This document shows, piece after piece, positions 9,773 to 20,340 of a stretch of 64,000 nt of DNA. The position numbers and the translations under genes were made by a program. This DNA comes from Candidatus Borrarchaeum weybense (GTDB taxonomy: Archaea > Asgardarchaeota > Sifarchaeia > Borrarchaeales > Borrarchaeaceae): NCBI GenBank assembly GCA_019057385.1, contig JAHQJS010000005.1:96001-160000 (forward strand), given 5' to 3'. How positions within the stretch are numbered: position 1 is the first letter of the stretch; each line of letters begins with the position of its first letter. The notes beneath the pieces are model-generated. The model was not told the origin of the DNA. It did not search any database and saw only the letters and a program-made list of their open reading frames with translations.

Positions 9773-10969
9773 TTATTTTTTATGTCCATGTGAAACATCT
9801 AATTGTACTGACTTCCACAGATCATCCAGTTGTCTTTCTACCCATCCTAACTCATAGAGAATCTTTTCACAATCTTGGTAAAATACATCTCGTGTGTGAG
9901 CATTTGAGTATTTTTTGTGAAAAAGCCCAATATCTAACAAACGACGATAAATCAGCCATCTGTATTTATCTATTTGATTAAGTTTTATAGCGATGAGTTG
10001 CTGAAACAAGGAATCAGCATTATAAATTGGTTTTTTGTGCTTAATGAAGTTTTCTAACTTAAAATAGAGCAGTTCAACACATTGATATCTCATCAATACT
10101 GCATTTCTGCGAATCCACATTTTGTGAAAAAAGCTGTCATCAAAGAAAATACTCAGGTCTTCAGCCCATGTTGTGATACCATCAAAGGAATATGATCCTA
10201 CAACTGGAGATTTATTCAGAAGTTCATTTGCATGCCAAATAGAGATATCTGTTCTTTGTGATTCTTTCTCAAATATATACCATAATAATGAAAAATAGAC
10301 ATCCGAACGATAATATCCAAAGGTTTCTGCATCAAGTGCAATAAGTAAAGGAGAAAGATGATTCTTGTGTGTTACCTTATCAAGGATTTGTTCGGCACGA
10401 GGCCATCCATGACTTAAAGCATAACTAAGGTCACGATTTCTTGGGAAAAGCTTCATTTCTGTTCCATAGAACTCACAATTATAAATACCCCCAAGATCTT
10501 GCTTGTCAAAAGCGATGGGATCTCCATCCACAATAATATAGCTAAGTCCTAACTCTGACAATGTGGGCACAATATCTTTTGCAAAAATCAATTCTGGGGG
10601 AAAAAATCCTGTTGGCGTAATCCCAAAAGAGTCACGTATCATTTTTAGATGATGAAAAGTCTGTTCTTTTAACAGACCATCTGGTGTAAAGATAGAGGGG
10701 GCCTGGTGAAAGGGGGAAGTCATCAGTTCAAGAACCTGGGAATCAACTAATTCCCCTATTAGACTGAAAAGATCATCTCTTTTCCTCTCAAACCATTTTA
10801 ATAACGCACCAGTAATATTTGCGGTGATTCTGACAGGGCTAAAGTTGTGTTCTAAATCTCGAATTAAATATAGTAGTCTTTCATAGCACTTTTTACAAAT
10901 TTCGAAAAAGATTTCGTCAGGACCGTAATAAGGATAATGAAAATGAAGTAATAGTGCGATATCTGTCAT
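9773..10969 (-). CDS. Glycoside hydrolase family 57 protein
   Basis: LHFHYP, ELMTSPFHQ, GFFPPEL (nucleophile Glu), ALDAETFG. Confidence 0.85.
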   Translation of the reverse strand: MTDIALLLHFHYPYYGPDEIFFEICKKCYERLLYLIRDLEHNFSPVRITANITGALLKWFERKRDDLFSLIGELVDSQVLELMTSPFHQAPSIFTPDGLLKEQTFHHLKMIRDSFGITPTGFFPPELIFAKDIVPTLSELGLSYIIVDGDPIAFDKQDLGGIYNCEFYGTEMKLFPRNRDLSYALSHGWPRAEQILDKVTHKNHLSPLLIALDAETFGYYRSDVYFSLLWYIFEKESQRTDISIWHANELLNKSPVVGSYSFDGITTWAEDLSIFFDDSFFHKMWIRRNAVLMRYQCVELLYFKLENFIKHKKPIYNADSLFQQLIAIKLNQIDKYRWLIYRRLLDIGLFHKKYSNAHTRDVFYQDCEKILYELGWVERQLDDLWKSVQLDVSHGHKK

Positions 10970-11166
10970 TTAAACTCCACAATGTTTTTTTTAATACTTA
11001 ATATTTTATTTTGGTCAAATAGATTCTAGGTGAAATAATTGCAATCATTTCTTTTCTAGATTGTGGATGATCTTCTAAATATAGAGTTAGATTTTTGTAA
11101 AGAAGCATTTTTAACCTGACCTACTTAAATTGCATAAACATTAGCCTCAGTCAGGAGGAGGCCATC

Positions 11167-11412
11167 ATAAAAGAAATCCTTTATAAGCTTTCAAAAATCG
11201 ATAATGCAAGAATAATTGGTGTAAATACCACCGAAAAAGAAGTACATATAGAATTGTTTGTTCCAAAGGTTATGGAAGAAACTCAAGAAAATGGACAAAT
11301 AAACAAGATAGTTAAAGAGATATCTAAGATCATAGATGAAGGATCATCCCAAAGACATTCAATAAAGGTCAAAGGTGCGGTTATTTCTATAAAAATTCCA
11401 GTTTTTAAATAG
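11167..11412 (+). CDS. Hypothetical 81-aa protein with non-canonical (ATA/ATC) start
   Basis: AGGAGGAGG followed by ATC ATA AAA GAA..., open to TAG at 11410-11412; fills the gap between GH57 and radA; missed by the ORF track. Confidence 0.5.
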   Translation: MKEILYKLSKIDNARIIGVNTTEKEVHIELFVPKVMEETQENGQINKIVKEISKIIDEGSSQRHSIKVKGAVISIKIPVFK

Positions 11413-11468
11413 AAAGAAGAAAAAGTTTGTGTAAGATTATCTTGTGCTTTTTTGTTTTGTTTTAAACA

Positions 11469-12404
11469 TCAGGGGTCTCCAATGCCATCTTCCTTGATCA
11501 CAAATACGGCTTCAGATTCAGGAAGGCAGGGGCTATCTACTACTCTTGCAACGCGTCGATCACCCTTGGATTTGCGCAGGTACACACGCGTGGTACAGGC
11601 ATGAGCAACAATATGTCCACCGACTGGGGCTGTAGGATCGCCAAAGAACATATCTGGTCGAGCCATCACCTGGTTGGCCACCACTACCGCTAAATGATGA
11701 ACTTCTGCAAGACGAAGCAGTTGATGCAAGTGCTTATTAAGTTTCTGCTGTCTTTCTGCTAGTGTACCGCGCCCAATGTATTCGCTTCTGAAGTAACTGG
11801 TCAGAGCATCCACTATAACCAGTTTAATGTTTTTTTCCTGAATGATATTAGGGGCTTCTTCTATAAGTAAAATCTGATGATCACTATTATACGCTCTTGC
11901 ATAGACAACATTTTGTAATGCAGAATCAATCTCAAGATCTTCTTTTTCCATCATTTGAACAAGGCGCTCTGGACGGAATGTACCCTCTGTATCGACATAT
12001 AAGGCTCCGCCGCCTAATCCTCCTTTTTCAGGAGGAAGTTGGGTCTTTATACATAGTTCGTGGCAAATCTGTGTCTTGCCCGATCGAAAAGGTCCGTAAA
12101 ATTCAGTAATACCATTAGTTTCTATGCCGCCGCCTAGAACTGCGTCTAATTGTTCACTACCTGTGGTTATACGCCCTACAACTTTTCGAATTTCATAAAA
12201 TTCCAAGGCGGTGGAATAACCAATCTCTAATTGTTCTCGCGCCGATTGTATTATCTTCTGGGCGGTGCTTTCGCCAATATCGACAGTTGTAGACAGTTCT
12301 TTGGGTGCAGCGACAGCTAATGTTTCGAGAGAAGTGTATCCTGCTTCTTTCAATTTTGCTGCTGTAGCGGGGCCTACACCGGGCAGTTCCTCTAATTCAA
12401 CCAT
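11469..12404 (-). CDS. radA: DNA repair and recombination protein RadA
   Basis: LEELPGVGPATA HhH, GPFRSGKTQ, DTEGTFRPER, GRGTLAERQQKL. Confidence 0.98.
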   Translation of the reverse strand: MVELEELPGVGPATAAKLKEAGYTSLETLAVAAPKELSTTVDIGESTAQKIIQSAREQLEIGYSTALEFYEIRKVVGRITTGSEQLDAVLGGGIETNGITEFYGPFRSGKTQICHELCIKTQLPPEKGGLGGGALYVDTEGTFRPERLVQMMEKEDLEIDSALQNVVYARAYNSDHQILLIEEAPNIIQEKNIKLVIVDALTSYFRSEYIGRGTLAERQQKLNKHLHQLLRLAEVHHLAVVVANQVMARPDMFFGDPTAPVGGHIVAHACTTRVYLRKSKGDRRVARVVDSPCLPESEAVFVIKEDGIGDP

Positions 12405-12769
12405 ACTATCACCTTATCACACTTTATGTTGGCTTCATGGTCTTTAAACAAAACTGAGGGGTAAGTGAAAGTAAAACTATTTTACATATGAATAGGCATC
12501 CCTGAAACAAGAAATTCGCCTTATACTACAAATCCTATGTTTTTAAAATAACCCTCATCATATATTTTCTCTTTATGGTTAATTTTAATCTCATGAAAAT
12601 GTTGTTAAACTGCCTCCTTAAATTTTCAATTCTCAAATAACTATCCAATGCTTGTTCCGCACTCCAAAAGTATTTAACTAAAATAGAAAAACCTTAATTA
12701 GTTTTGTGTTCTATAAGGAAGGCAAAATCTCACTAAGCAACGCTGCAAAAATTTTACCATCTTTACGCA

Positions 12770-13765
12770 TTGGAAAAGGAGTTTAATAGTGAAATGCAAC
12801 TGCTAATGCCAACAAGTTGTGCATTCGCAATCACCTATAAATGTAACTCTAGGTGCACAATGTGCAACATTTGGCAGAAATATGAAAAAGATCCTCAGGC
12901 ATATCAAAAGGAAATTCGAAGTGACCAATTCTTCGCGTTTGTAAAGAAATGGCAAACCATTACATCATATAATATTGTTGGAGGAGAACCTTTTTTAAGC
13001 CCATATATCGAAGATGCAGCTTTGTTTTTACTTTCAAACGGAAAAAACTTTACCGTTACAACTAATGGTGTCCTATCATCCAAAATCACTGATTTTGTTA
13101 CAAAATTGTCTACATTTCCTCAACAGTATGGTATCTCGATCTCTCTTGATGCAATTGGCGAAATTCATGATAAAATGCGAGGCAGAAGAAAATCATATGA
13201 AAGGGCAATGCAGACGCTAAAAAACTTAATACAAACAAAAGAAAACGGTTCGAATATTCGACTTTCAATACATTTTACTTTATCGCCCCTCAACTACAGC
13301 CAATTGTGGCAAGTATATGAATTGACCAAAGAATTAAAGCTTGGTTTTCGTTTCAATTTTATGGCATACAGCGATTTTTACTTTGAAAACAAAGATACAC
13401 GCATGAAATTTACTGAAACTCAATTTAATATTATAGAAAACCAGATAAACAAGATTATTTCTGATGAAAGAAATGGAAAGAATACAAACGATAAATTAGA
13501 AAAACGTCATGCTCATTTTCGAGCAATGCTAGCCTATGAAAAAAACCAGGTGAAAAATATGTTATGCACGGCGTATACAACACACATGTATCTTGATCCC
13601 TATGGGGCGATTTACCCGTGCTGTTTTTTAAATAAAAAAGTTGGAACTATAGATGATCCTCCAGAAGTCGTATGGGCAAATGAAGAACTTAAAGAGTTTA
13701 TTAAATGTGATTGCAAATGTAATATCTGCCCACATTGGTTTGAAAGTGTTTGTCTTATGAGTTGA
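12770..13765 (+). CDS. Radical SAM / SPASM(twitch) domain protein
   Basis: CNSRCTMC (CxxxCxxC), GGEP, C-terminal C..DPYGAIYPC. Confidence 0.9.
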   Translation: MEKEFNSEMQLLMPTSCAFAITYKCNSRCTMCNIWQKYEKDPQAYQKEIRSDQFFAFVKKWQTITSYNIVGGEPFLSPYIEDAALFLLSNGKNFTVTTNGVLSSKITDFVTKLSTFPQQYGISISLDAIGEIHDKMRGRRKSYERAMQTLKNLIQTKENGSNIRLSIHFTLSPLNYSQLWQVYELTKELKLGFRFNFMAYSDFYFENKDTRMKFTETQFNIIENQINKIISDERNGKNTNDKLEKRHAHFRAMLAYEKNQVKNMLCTAYTTHMYLDPYGAIYPCCFLNKKVGTIDDPPEVVWANEELKEFIKCDCKCNICPHWFESVCLMS

Positions 13766-13769
13766 TACC

Positions 13770-15059
13770 ATGAAAAAGGATAATCTGACCTCTGTTTGTT
13801 TCTATTTTGAAGTACATCAGCCTTTTCGATTGCGAAAAGATTTTCATGTCAAAAGATTTTCACTGCTTGGTCGTTCTTTATTTGATCAATATTTTGACGA
13901 TGATGTTAATAAGGCCTTATTCAATAGAATTGCAGAAAAATGCTATTTACCCACAAATGAAATTCTGTTGAAAAAAATTGACCAGTTCAAAAAGGAACGC
14001 CGCCAATTCAAGGTATCATTTGGATTAACAGGGCTTTTTATTGAACAATGCGAGCGCTACAATACAGACCTACTAGACTCATTTAAGCAACTTGTTGATA
14101 CGGGATGTGTTGAGCTACTAAACGAAACGTATTATCACTCAATATGTAGTCTATATGATGTAGAGCGAGAAGAATTCATAGACCAAGTGGCTTTACATCA
14201 ACAATTGATTCAAGATGTTTTCAGTTACAAACCTACAGCCTTCATCAATACTGAATGCTTATATAATAACAGTATTGCGCGGGTAGTAGAAGAAATGGGC
14301 TATAAAGTCATCCTGACTGAAGGAGTCGATTGGGTTTTAAGTAACTGGAAATCACCAAATTTTGTATATAAACCACCTTCTAATTTCTGTAAGCGCTTAC
14401 GAGTTTTGTTGAGGAATTATCGATTAACGGATGATATTGGTTTTAGATTTTCTTCGCGGGACTGGGCAGAGTGGCCTCTTACTGCAGGTAAATACGCCTC
14501 ATGGTTATCCGCAACTTCAGGACAATGTATTAATCTATTCATGGACTATGAGACCTTTGGAGAACATCATTGGACAGATTCAGGGATCCATTGGTTTTTA
14601 CAGGCGCTCCCTGATGAAATTTTCAAACATAAATCCCTTGATTTCGCCACACCAAGCGAAATTGTTGAAGAAAATGCTTCAATTGGTGGTGAAATTAGTA
14701 TAGGAGACTATGAAACAATTTCATGGGCCGATGAGGAACGAAGTACCGAGAGTTGGATTGGGAATTGGATGCAACAAGAAATTTATCGAGAGTTATTGGC
14801 TTTGGAAAAACCAGTGAAAGCAATTGCTGATAAATCTTTAATTCAAATATGGCGAAATTTACAGGCGAGTGATCATCTTTATTACCTAGCAACCTTTGGT
14901 GGAGGACCTGGAGAAGTTCATAGTTATTTTAGTCCCTATCATACTCCTTTTGAAGCGTATTCAGTTTATGTCAGAATACTTGCAGATTTCGCACGAGTTG
15001 TGAACGAACGAAAAAAAAAGCAAACTGACGAACAAAATGAGTTAGAAAAGATTTCTTAG
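13770..15059 (+). CDS. GH57 alpha-amylase
   Basis: FYFEVHQP, ETYYHS, NTE, DYETFGEH, SWADEER, QASDHLYY. Confidence 0.93.
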   Translation: MKKDNLTSVCFYFEVHQPFRLRKDFHVKRFSLLGRSLFDQYFDDDVNKALFNRIAEKCYLPTNEILLKKIDQFKKERRQFKVSFGLTGLFIEQCERYNTDLLDSFKQLVDTGCVELLNETYYHSICSLYDVEREEFIDQVALHQQLIQDVFSYKPTAFINTECLYNNSIARVVEEMGYKVILTEGVDWVLSNWKSPNFVYKPPSNFCKRLRVLLRNYRLTDDIGFRFSSRDWAEWPLTAGKYASWLSATSGQCINLFMDYETFGEHHWTDSGIHWFLQALPDEIFKHKSLDFATPSEIVEENASIGGEISIGDYETISWADEERSTESWIGNWMQQEIYRELLALEKPVKAIADKSLIQIWRNLQASDHLYYLATFGGGPGEVHSYFSPYHTPFEAYSVYVRILADFARVVNERKKKQTDEQNELEKIS

Positions 15060-15350
15060 AAGAGCTTTTTCAATTTTTTTTTAAATAGTCTTCCAGAAGC
15101 CACAAGAACAGCGTAAAAGACGGTTTAATTTATAAAGTAAAGCTCCACATCTAGGACAGTGACCATATAAAGAAATATTCAACTCTGAATGAGTCTTAGT
15201 AGAATGAAAATTGCTGCTCACGGTTTATCAAGCATAATAATATATTTCTACCTTATAAGGATAAGAGAGGCTTTCATGTAAGTGAAAAAAGCAAAAGAAG
15301 AACTCTTAGAAACGTAAACGTGTTACAAATTTGTTTAAGGGTAATCCTAA

Positions 15351-16253
15351 TTGGTGAGAATGATGGATAGAAAGACACTTTCTTTGATCTTAATTCTAAC
15401 AGCGATATGGGGTACCGGCCCAGTTACTGCACGATTTCTTGTGGGAGTTTCAGGGGAGATCACCCCAACTGACCTTACTCTCTTGAGGTGGGTGATTGCG
15501 TTCATTTTCCTATTTGTACTACTTTGTAGAACTCAAAGTTTTAACGAATCAAAACTTTCATTTAGGGCAGATTGGTTGAATTTTCTGGCTATTGGCGCCG
15601 CAAATGCAGCATTTGGTTTATTGTTTTTGTTTGGAGTCAGTTTGAGTTTTGCTGTAAATGCTGCACTTTTAACAAATCTTCATCCTATTTTTATAGCTAT
15701 TTTAGCACATGTTTTATTAAACGAAAAAACTGGAATCAAGCAATCTCTTGGAATTTTTTCAGCAATAATTGGAATGCTGGTAGTTGTAACGCAAGGTGAT
15801 TTTTCATCATTAGTTCTTTCAGGACAGTTTATTGGAGATTTTCTATTAATACTTTCAGCTTTGGCGTGGTCTATTCAATCTCTTCTCGCCAGGAAACATG
15901 TTAAGACGTACGGAGGATTACAAACTCTTGCTTTAAGTGCTCCATTCACCATTATAATCTTGATTCCATTTGCAGTTATTTTAGGAAATATGCAGACGAT
16001 ATTCACCGTATCTCTGATTGGATGGCTTTTGATATTGCACTTCAGTTTGGGTATTTCTGGAATAGGTTATGTTTTATGGTTCTTAATTCTTCGTAGAATC
16101 GAAACCGCAAAGGCCAGCGTATCAATATTAATAGTCCCTTTATATACGATAATCTTCGCAAATATATTCTTAAACGAACCAATTACATTGATGGTAGTTA
16201 TTGGAACGGTGTTTGTATTGACAGGTATTTATTTGGTTCAAAAAGCTAAGTAG
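15351..16253 (+). CDS. EamA/DMT family transporter
   Basis: ~10 TM helices, IWG motif, two LNE(K/P) repeats. Confidence 0.9.
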   Translation: MVRMMDRKTLSLILILTAIWGTGPVTARFLVGVSGEITPTDLTLLRWVIAFIFLFVLLCRTQSFNESKLSFRADWLNFLAIGAANAAFGLLFLFGVSLSFAVNAALLTNLHPIFIAILAHVLLNEKTGIKQSLGIFSAIIGMLVVVTQGDFSSLVLSGQFIGDFLLILSALAWSIQSLLARKHVKTYGGLQTLALSAPFTIIILIPFAVILGNMQTIFTVSLIGWLLILHFSLGISGIGYVLWFLILRRIETAKASVSILIVPLYTIIFANIFLNEPITLMVVIGTVFVLTGIYLVQKAK

Positions 16254-16333
16254 TTGATGCGTCGAACCATTTTATACGAATTGGATCAGGTTCATATGGT
16301 CCAAATGGGGATTTGATGCAGAAAAATTTGCAA

Positions 16334-16813
16334 TTACGTCCCATTCTTAAGAGCTATTATTTCTTTAACATCTATAAGTTTCCATACGTAATTTCTTTCT
16401 TCTTTGACTATAGATTCAAGAGGTTCTTCAGGCGAATGACCAAGGGCTTTCAGGATATTCTTTGAAAGATTCTTATCTTTAATTAGTTGTACAAATCTTT
16501 CCCGTATGGTCTTCTTCTTGTTATCACCCTTCACTTCTACCAAGCGTCCTAAGAGGGTTACAAAGGAATAATCAGAGAGGTCTCGACTATATCTGTCCAC
16601 TTCAACGGAAACATTAGGATTTTGCTGGAAAAATTCGATTTTTTTACCATATTTGGTTGACAGAAAAAACATGTGCTTTCCATCAAAAATGTAAAGAAAC
16701 GGCGCAATATAGGGATGTTCTTTGCCTTTAAAAGCAATCCGACACACATATTCATCAATAATTAATTGATCATATTCCTTTCTGTCCATTTGTGGGATTT
16801 TTTGAATATCCAT
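16334..16813 (-). CDS. Pyridoxamine 5'-phosphate oxidase-like FMN-binding protein (NimA-like)
   Basis: VCRIAF..PYIAP..GKKIE..NPNVSVEVD. Confidence 0.85.
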   Translation of the reverse strand: MDIQKIPQMDRKEYDQLIIDEYVCRIAFKGKEHPYIAPFLYIFDGKHMFFLSTKYGKKIEFFQQNPNVSVEVDRYSRDLSDYSFVTLLGRLVEVKGDNKKKTIRERFVQLIKDKNLSKNILKALGHSPEEPLESIVKEERNYVWKLIDVKEIIALKNGT

Positions 16814-17007
16814 AGATATCCCTGCATTCCATTAAATTTTCAACAGTTACCTCAATAAATCTTAGACTATAAAACTTATCAGGATTCATTCTCTTTTTCA
16901 ACCAATGTTTTGACAGATTCGATGAAGCAAAACACAAAAATGATGATTTCAATAGATATTACAATCAAGATTTTTAGTAAATATTGGTAAAAAAGAGTTG
17001 AGATTTT

Positions 17008-17910
17008 ATGACGTTCTCAATTATTGGTTATGATCCTAACACAGGTGATTTAGGAGTTGCCGTACAGAGCAAGTTCATGTGTATTGGAATTGTAACTCCA
17101 TTTGCGAAAGCAAATGTTGGAGCTCTTGCAACCCAATCTTGGATAAACACAACTTACGGCCCACGAGGGATTGAGATGCTAGAAACAGGTATGGGCGCGA
17201 AACAAGTCTTAAAAAAACTCATATCAACTGATGAAATGCGAGAATATCGTCAAGCAGCGATTATAGATTCCACAGGTGCAGTTGACGCATTTACAGGAAA
17301 GGATTGCTTCTATTGGGCGGGACACATCATTGGAGACAACTTCAGTTGTCAAGGTAATATTTGTTACGAAGGAACAGTTGAAAGTATGGCTAAGGCATTT
17401 GAAACTCAAAAAGGAGATTTAATTGACAAATTGCTTGCAGCAATGAAAGCGGGGGATGAAGAAAGAAGAGGGGACGTTAGAGGGAAACAAGCTGCTGCGC
17501 TTTTGGTTGTGCGTGAAAAAGGTGGTTATGAAGGCCTAAATGATCGTTACGTTGATATTCGAGTTGATGAGCATACAGAACCTATTAAAGAACTCTGTAG
17601 AATATTTGAACTCTATGATCTGACTTTCCTTGCCAGAGAAGCTACATCAAATTTGTTGACGATTGAAGGAGAAATTTCAATAAAAATAAAGCAAATTCTT
17701 ATAGAACTTGGTTATCTCAATGAGGCTGAAGCAGCGAAAGGGGATGGCTGGGAAAAAGTAGAGAGGGATGCCTTAGAGGCATGGATTGGAATTAACAATT
17801 TCGAAAGCAAATGGCGTGATGACGGTACGATATGGAAGTCAATCTACGGCTATATGATGAAAGAAAAAGGAACGTCTTTCGTTTCGCTCAGAAAAATGTC
17901 AGAATGGTGA
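17008..17910 (+). CDS. DUF1028 (Ntn-hydrolase-like) protein
   Basis: MTFSII, GVAVQSKF, GALATQS, GDVRGKQAAALLV, VDIRVDEH. Confidence 0.9.
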   Translation: MTFSIIGYDPNTGDLGVAVQSKFMCIGIVTPFAKANVGALATQSWINTTYGPRGIEMLETGMGAKQVLKKLISTDEMREYRQAAIIDSTGAVDAFTGKDCFYWAGHIIGDNFSCQGNICYEGTVESMAKAFETQKGDLIDKLLAAMKAGDEERRGDVRGKQAAALLVVREKGGYEGLNDRYVDIRVDEHTEPIKELCRIFELYDLTFLAREATSNLLTIEGEISIKIKQILIELGYLNEAEAAKGDGWEKVERDALEAWIGINNFESKWRDDGTIWKSIYGYMMKEKGTSFVSLRKMSEW

Positions 17911-17953
17911 ACTACCACCCTACAAGTTGGGGGGGTCTTCTTGCGGAGAAGGG
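17907..17953 (+). mobile_element. 47-bp non-autonomous IS200/IS605-type (IscB-family) mini-element
   Basis: Left end GTGAACTACCACCCTACAAG and right end GGGGTCTTCTTGCGGAGAAGGG followed by ATAAA; ends shared with elements at 36757 and 44489. Confidence 0.65.
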
Positions 17954-18023
17954 ATAAAGGGGAGACAAAATAACAATACTTTGAAAAACTAATGGTGTTT
18001 TGTCACAACAAATTATTATTTTG

Positions 18024-18342
18024 ATGGTTAGACTTCTTTAACCATATAAATGGTTGGTTAGATATATATTACCTATAGGTGAACCTACTATGAGCATTAT
18101 CATCAACACCAAATACACAAACAACAAACCCTATTATTACGTGTATGTAGTCTATGGTGAAGGCAATAAAGAAACCCATTACATTGGTAGTGCAAAAAAC
18201 CCAATATCATATGAAAAAGCATTGTATAAAGTCAAAGAGATCCTTAAACAAGAAATGCAGAAGAAACTTCACCATGCGGAAACACGAGCCGAGAACTTAA
18301 AGAATGAATACCTTTCTAAATAGGTTAAATATATCTAACCTA
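18024..18342. repeat. Three GGTTA-N8-T(A/T)ACC palindromes flanking a small ORF
   Basis: 18026 GGTTAgacttcttTAACC; 18056 GGTTAgatatataTTACC; 18323 GGTTAaatatatcTAACC; sites 2 and 3 are ~21-bp inverted copies. Confidence 0.7.
18090..18323 (+). CDS. Small basic putative DNA-binding protein (KPYYY..HYIG motif, typical of archaeal mobile elements)
   Basis: AGGTGA SD before ATG 18090; beta-rich YYY..YIG motif followed by a helix. Confidence 0.6.
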   Translation: MSIIINTKYTNNKPYYYVYVVYGEGNKETHYIGSAKNPISYEKALYKVKEILKQEMQKKLHHAETRAENLKNEYLSK

Positions 18343-18384
18343 TATATGCTGCGTTTTTCTATTGTTATGTTTTCTATAATAGAT

Positions 18385-18969
18385 TCATACTATTTTGACT
18401 GTTCTAAATGCTTTTCTCATTGACTTAATGCTTTTCCGCGCGATTGATTCAGGATAGAATCCTAGAACCGCCTGATTTAGTGCTTCTAGGGATACTTCTC
18501 CGCTTATTCTGCAGAAAGCACCTAAAATTCCTATGTAATTATTACCGCCATAATTTTGATTTGTTAGGCTTTCATCTATTTCATTCATTGAAACTTTGTC
18601 AACATCTACTGTTGCTGTGGAGAATCCTATGCCGAAGAGTTCTATTAACTCGTATGGGGAATATGATGAATTGACAAGGAGAATGCCTGACCTTTTTAAT
18701 CCCTCTGTAACGTCCAATATTTTCAAAAACGAATCATCCAGTACTATGGTGTAATTTGGGCAGCAGATCTGTGGATAAGTAGATAAAAGTTTCTTGCTAA
18801 TTCGAATGGCAACTTTTAGAATCACTTCTGGTGTTGTGGTTTTAGGTTGAAACACTTGGGAACACTTATTCCTATAAGCTATTGCCTCAGCAAGGATCTC
18901 TGCTAATGTAACTACATTCATGTCTCCTCGACCGATTAAGAGAATTTCTTTGATTTTATAAAATGACAT
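18385..18969 (-). CDS. 2-oxoacid:ferredoxin oxidoreductase gamma-subunit-like protein (divergent, stand-alone)
   Basis: IGRG..VVTLAEILAEA, IRIS, PNYTIVLD, GLKRSGILLVNS, ILGAF. Confidence 0.75.
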   Translation of the reverse strand: MSFYKIKEILLIGRGDMNVVTLAEILAEAIAYRNKCSQVFQPKTTTPEVILKVAIRISKKLLSTYPQICCPNYTIVLDDSFLKILDVTEGLKRSGILLVNSSYSPYELIELFGIGFSTATVDVDKVSMNEIDESLTNQNYGGNNYIGILGAFCRISGEVSLEALNQAVLGFYPESIARKSIKSMRKAFRTVKIV

Positions 18970-19188
18970 GAGGGTACAACCTTTCTTAGAATAAATTGAA
19001 TCCTGTGTTTTGCTCCTTTTTATCGCATACTTATACTTTGAAATTAAAATTTAGACACTTTTTAATGGATATTTTTGTCTTAAGAACGCAGATTCTAGTA
19101 AAAACATTTGAATAGCGATTTAAAATTAGATCAAATCTTAAAACTTTTTAAGTAATAATAATTGACTTTGTAAATAGCAAATTTTTTC

Positions 19189-19608
19189 ATGGAGGAAAAA
19201 TTTATGCAATTCTCTCAGTTCTCTATAGCATTCCTGATTGACTTTATTGTGTTTGTAGCTATTGTGGCAGTTTCTGTAGCCATAACGTGCTGGCTTTGGG
19301 GCTATTCGAGATACAAATTTGCTTGGGGGTCAAGTATCGTTACTGGAATTGTAGCCGCTGTCGTATGGATTATATTTAGAATGTTACCGCTCGGTCGTTA
19401 TACCTTGGCTATTGCATTTGTTGCAGTCTTTGTAGTGATTCTTCTTGCACTTCGTCACTTTTGGCCTAAATTTTCTGAATGGCCAACAGCGTTTCTCGGT
19501 ACGCTGGTTTGTATCGTTATAGTCATTGTCATTTGGCTGGTAATTTCATTTATCATTGCGGGGCTGGGTTTGATAGCAGGATATCTGCCCCCACTGAGTA
19601 TATTCTAA
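19189..19608 (+). CDS. Hypothetical 4-TM membrane protein
   Basis: Four hydrophobic segments. Confidence 0.7.
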   Translation: MEEKFMQFSQFSIAFLIDFIVFVAIVAVSVAITCWLWGYSRYKFAWGSSIVTGIVAAVVWIIFRMLPLGRYTLAIAFVAVFVVILLALRHFWPKFSEWPTAFLGTLVCIVIVIVIWLVISFIIAGLGLIAGYLPPLSIF

Positions 19609-19774
19609 CACCAGAATCTAAAAAATTCTTTTCTTTTTTTTTAAGACGGTCATATGAGTTTTTTGAGAAGCTAAAATGAACTAAGAGATAATAAAATTCA
19701 AGACAACGAATGAAGAGCTGAAATAGATTATTATAAAAAAAAGGCGAAAAAGAGAAAAAATGGATCGGGATAGA

Positions 19775-20098
19775 CTATGTAACTTGTGCAATTATTGCAA
19801 GAATAGCGCCTATTATAACGAGTAATCCCCCGAGACCAAGCACAATTATACCAAAGATTAGGGCAAGTATTATGTATACCCACTCATCTAACTGATCTGC
19901 AACGCGGAGAACAATAATTATTATTCCGATAATTATTGATATAGCCGCTGCAATTAAGCCACCAAGAGCACCTAGCGAACTTGGAACACCAAGTCCGATT
20001 CCCACGAAACTCAACGCTCCTTGGACAATCATAAGGATTGCACCGACAATCACTAGTATCCATGCCGCTAATAAAATACCACCAGACGGTCTAGCCAT
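19775..20098 (-). CDS. Small Gly/Ile-rich membrane protein
   Basis: Hydrophobic GxxxG-rich helices; GGTGA SD. Confidence 0.7.
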   Translation of the reverse strand: MARPSGGILLAAWILVIVGAILMIVQGALSFVGIGLGVPSSLGALGGLIAAAISIIIGIIIIVLRVADQLDEWVYIILALIFGIIVLGLGGLLVIIGAILAIIAQVT

Positions 20099-20340
20099 AC
20101 AATCACCATTTCAATATCTTATTTCAGGTTAGGATGAACCCGATTTCCTAGTATATAACTTGTTCGCATTCAAGCTTGTAGAGAACCATGGACTTAAACA
20201 AATATCATAGAAGAAATCAACTTCAAGAGAATCAAATAATAACTATTTGAACACTATCGTTTTCTAGATCGAATAAGTGCCAATAACAAAGAATAAGGAT
20301 TCTCTAAAATTATATAGAAAAAAAGGAAAAAATAATAGGA

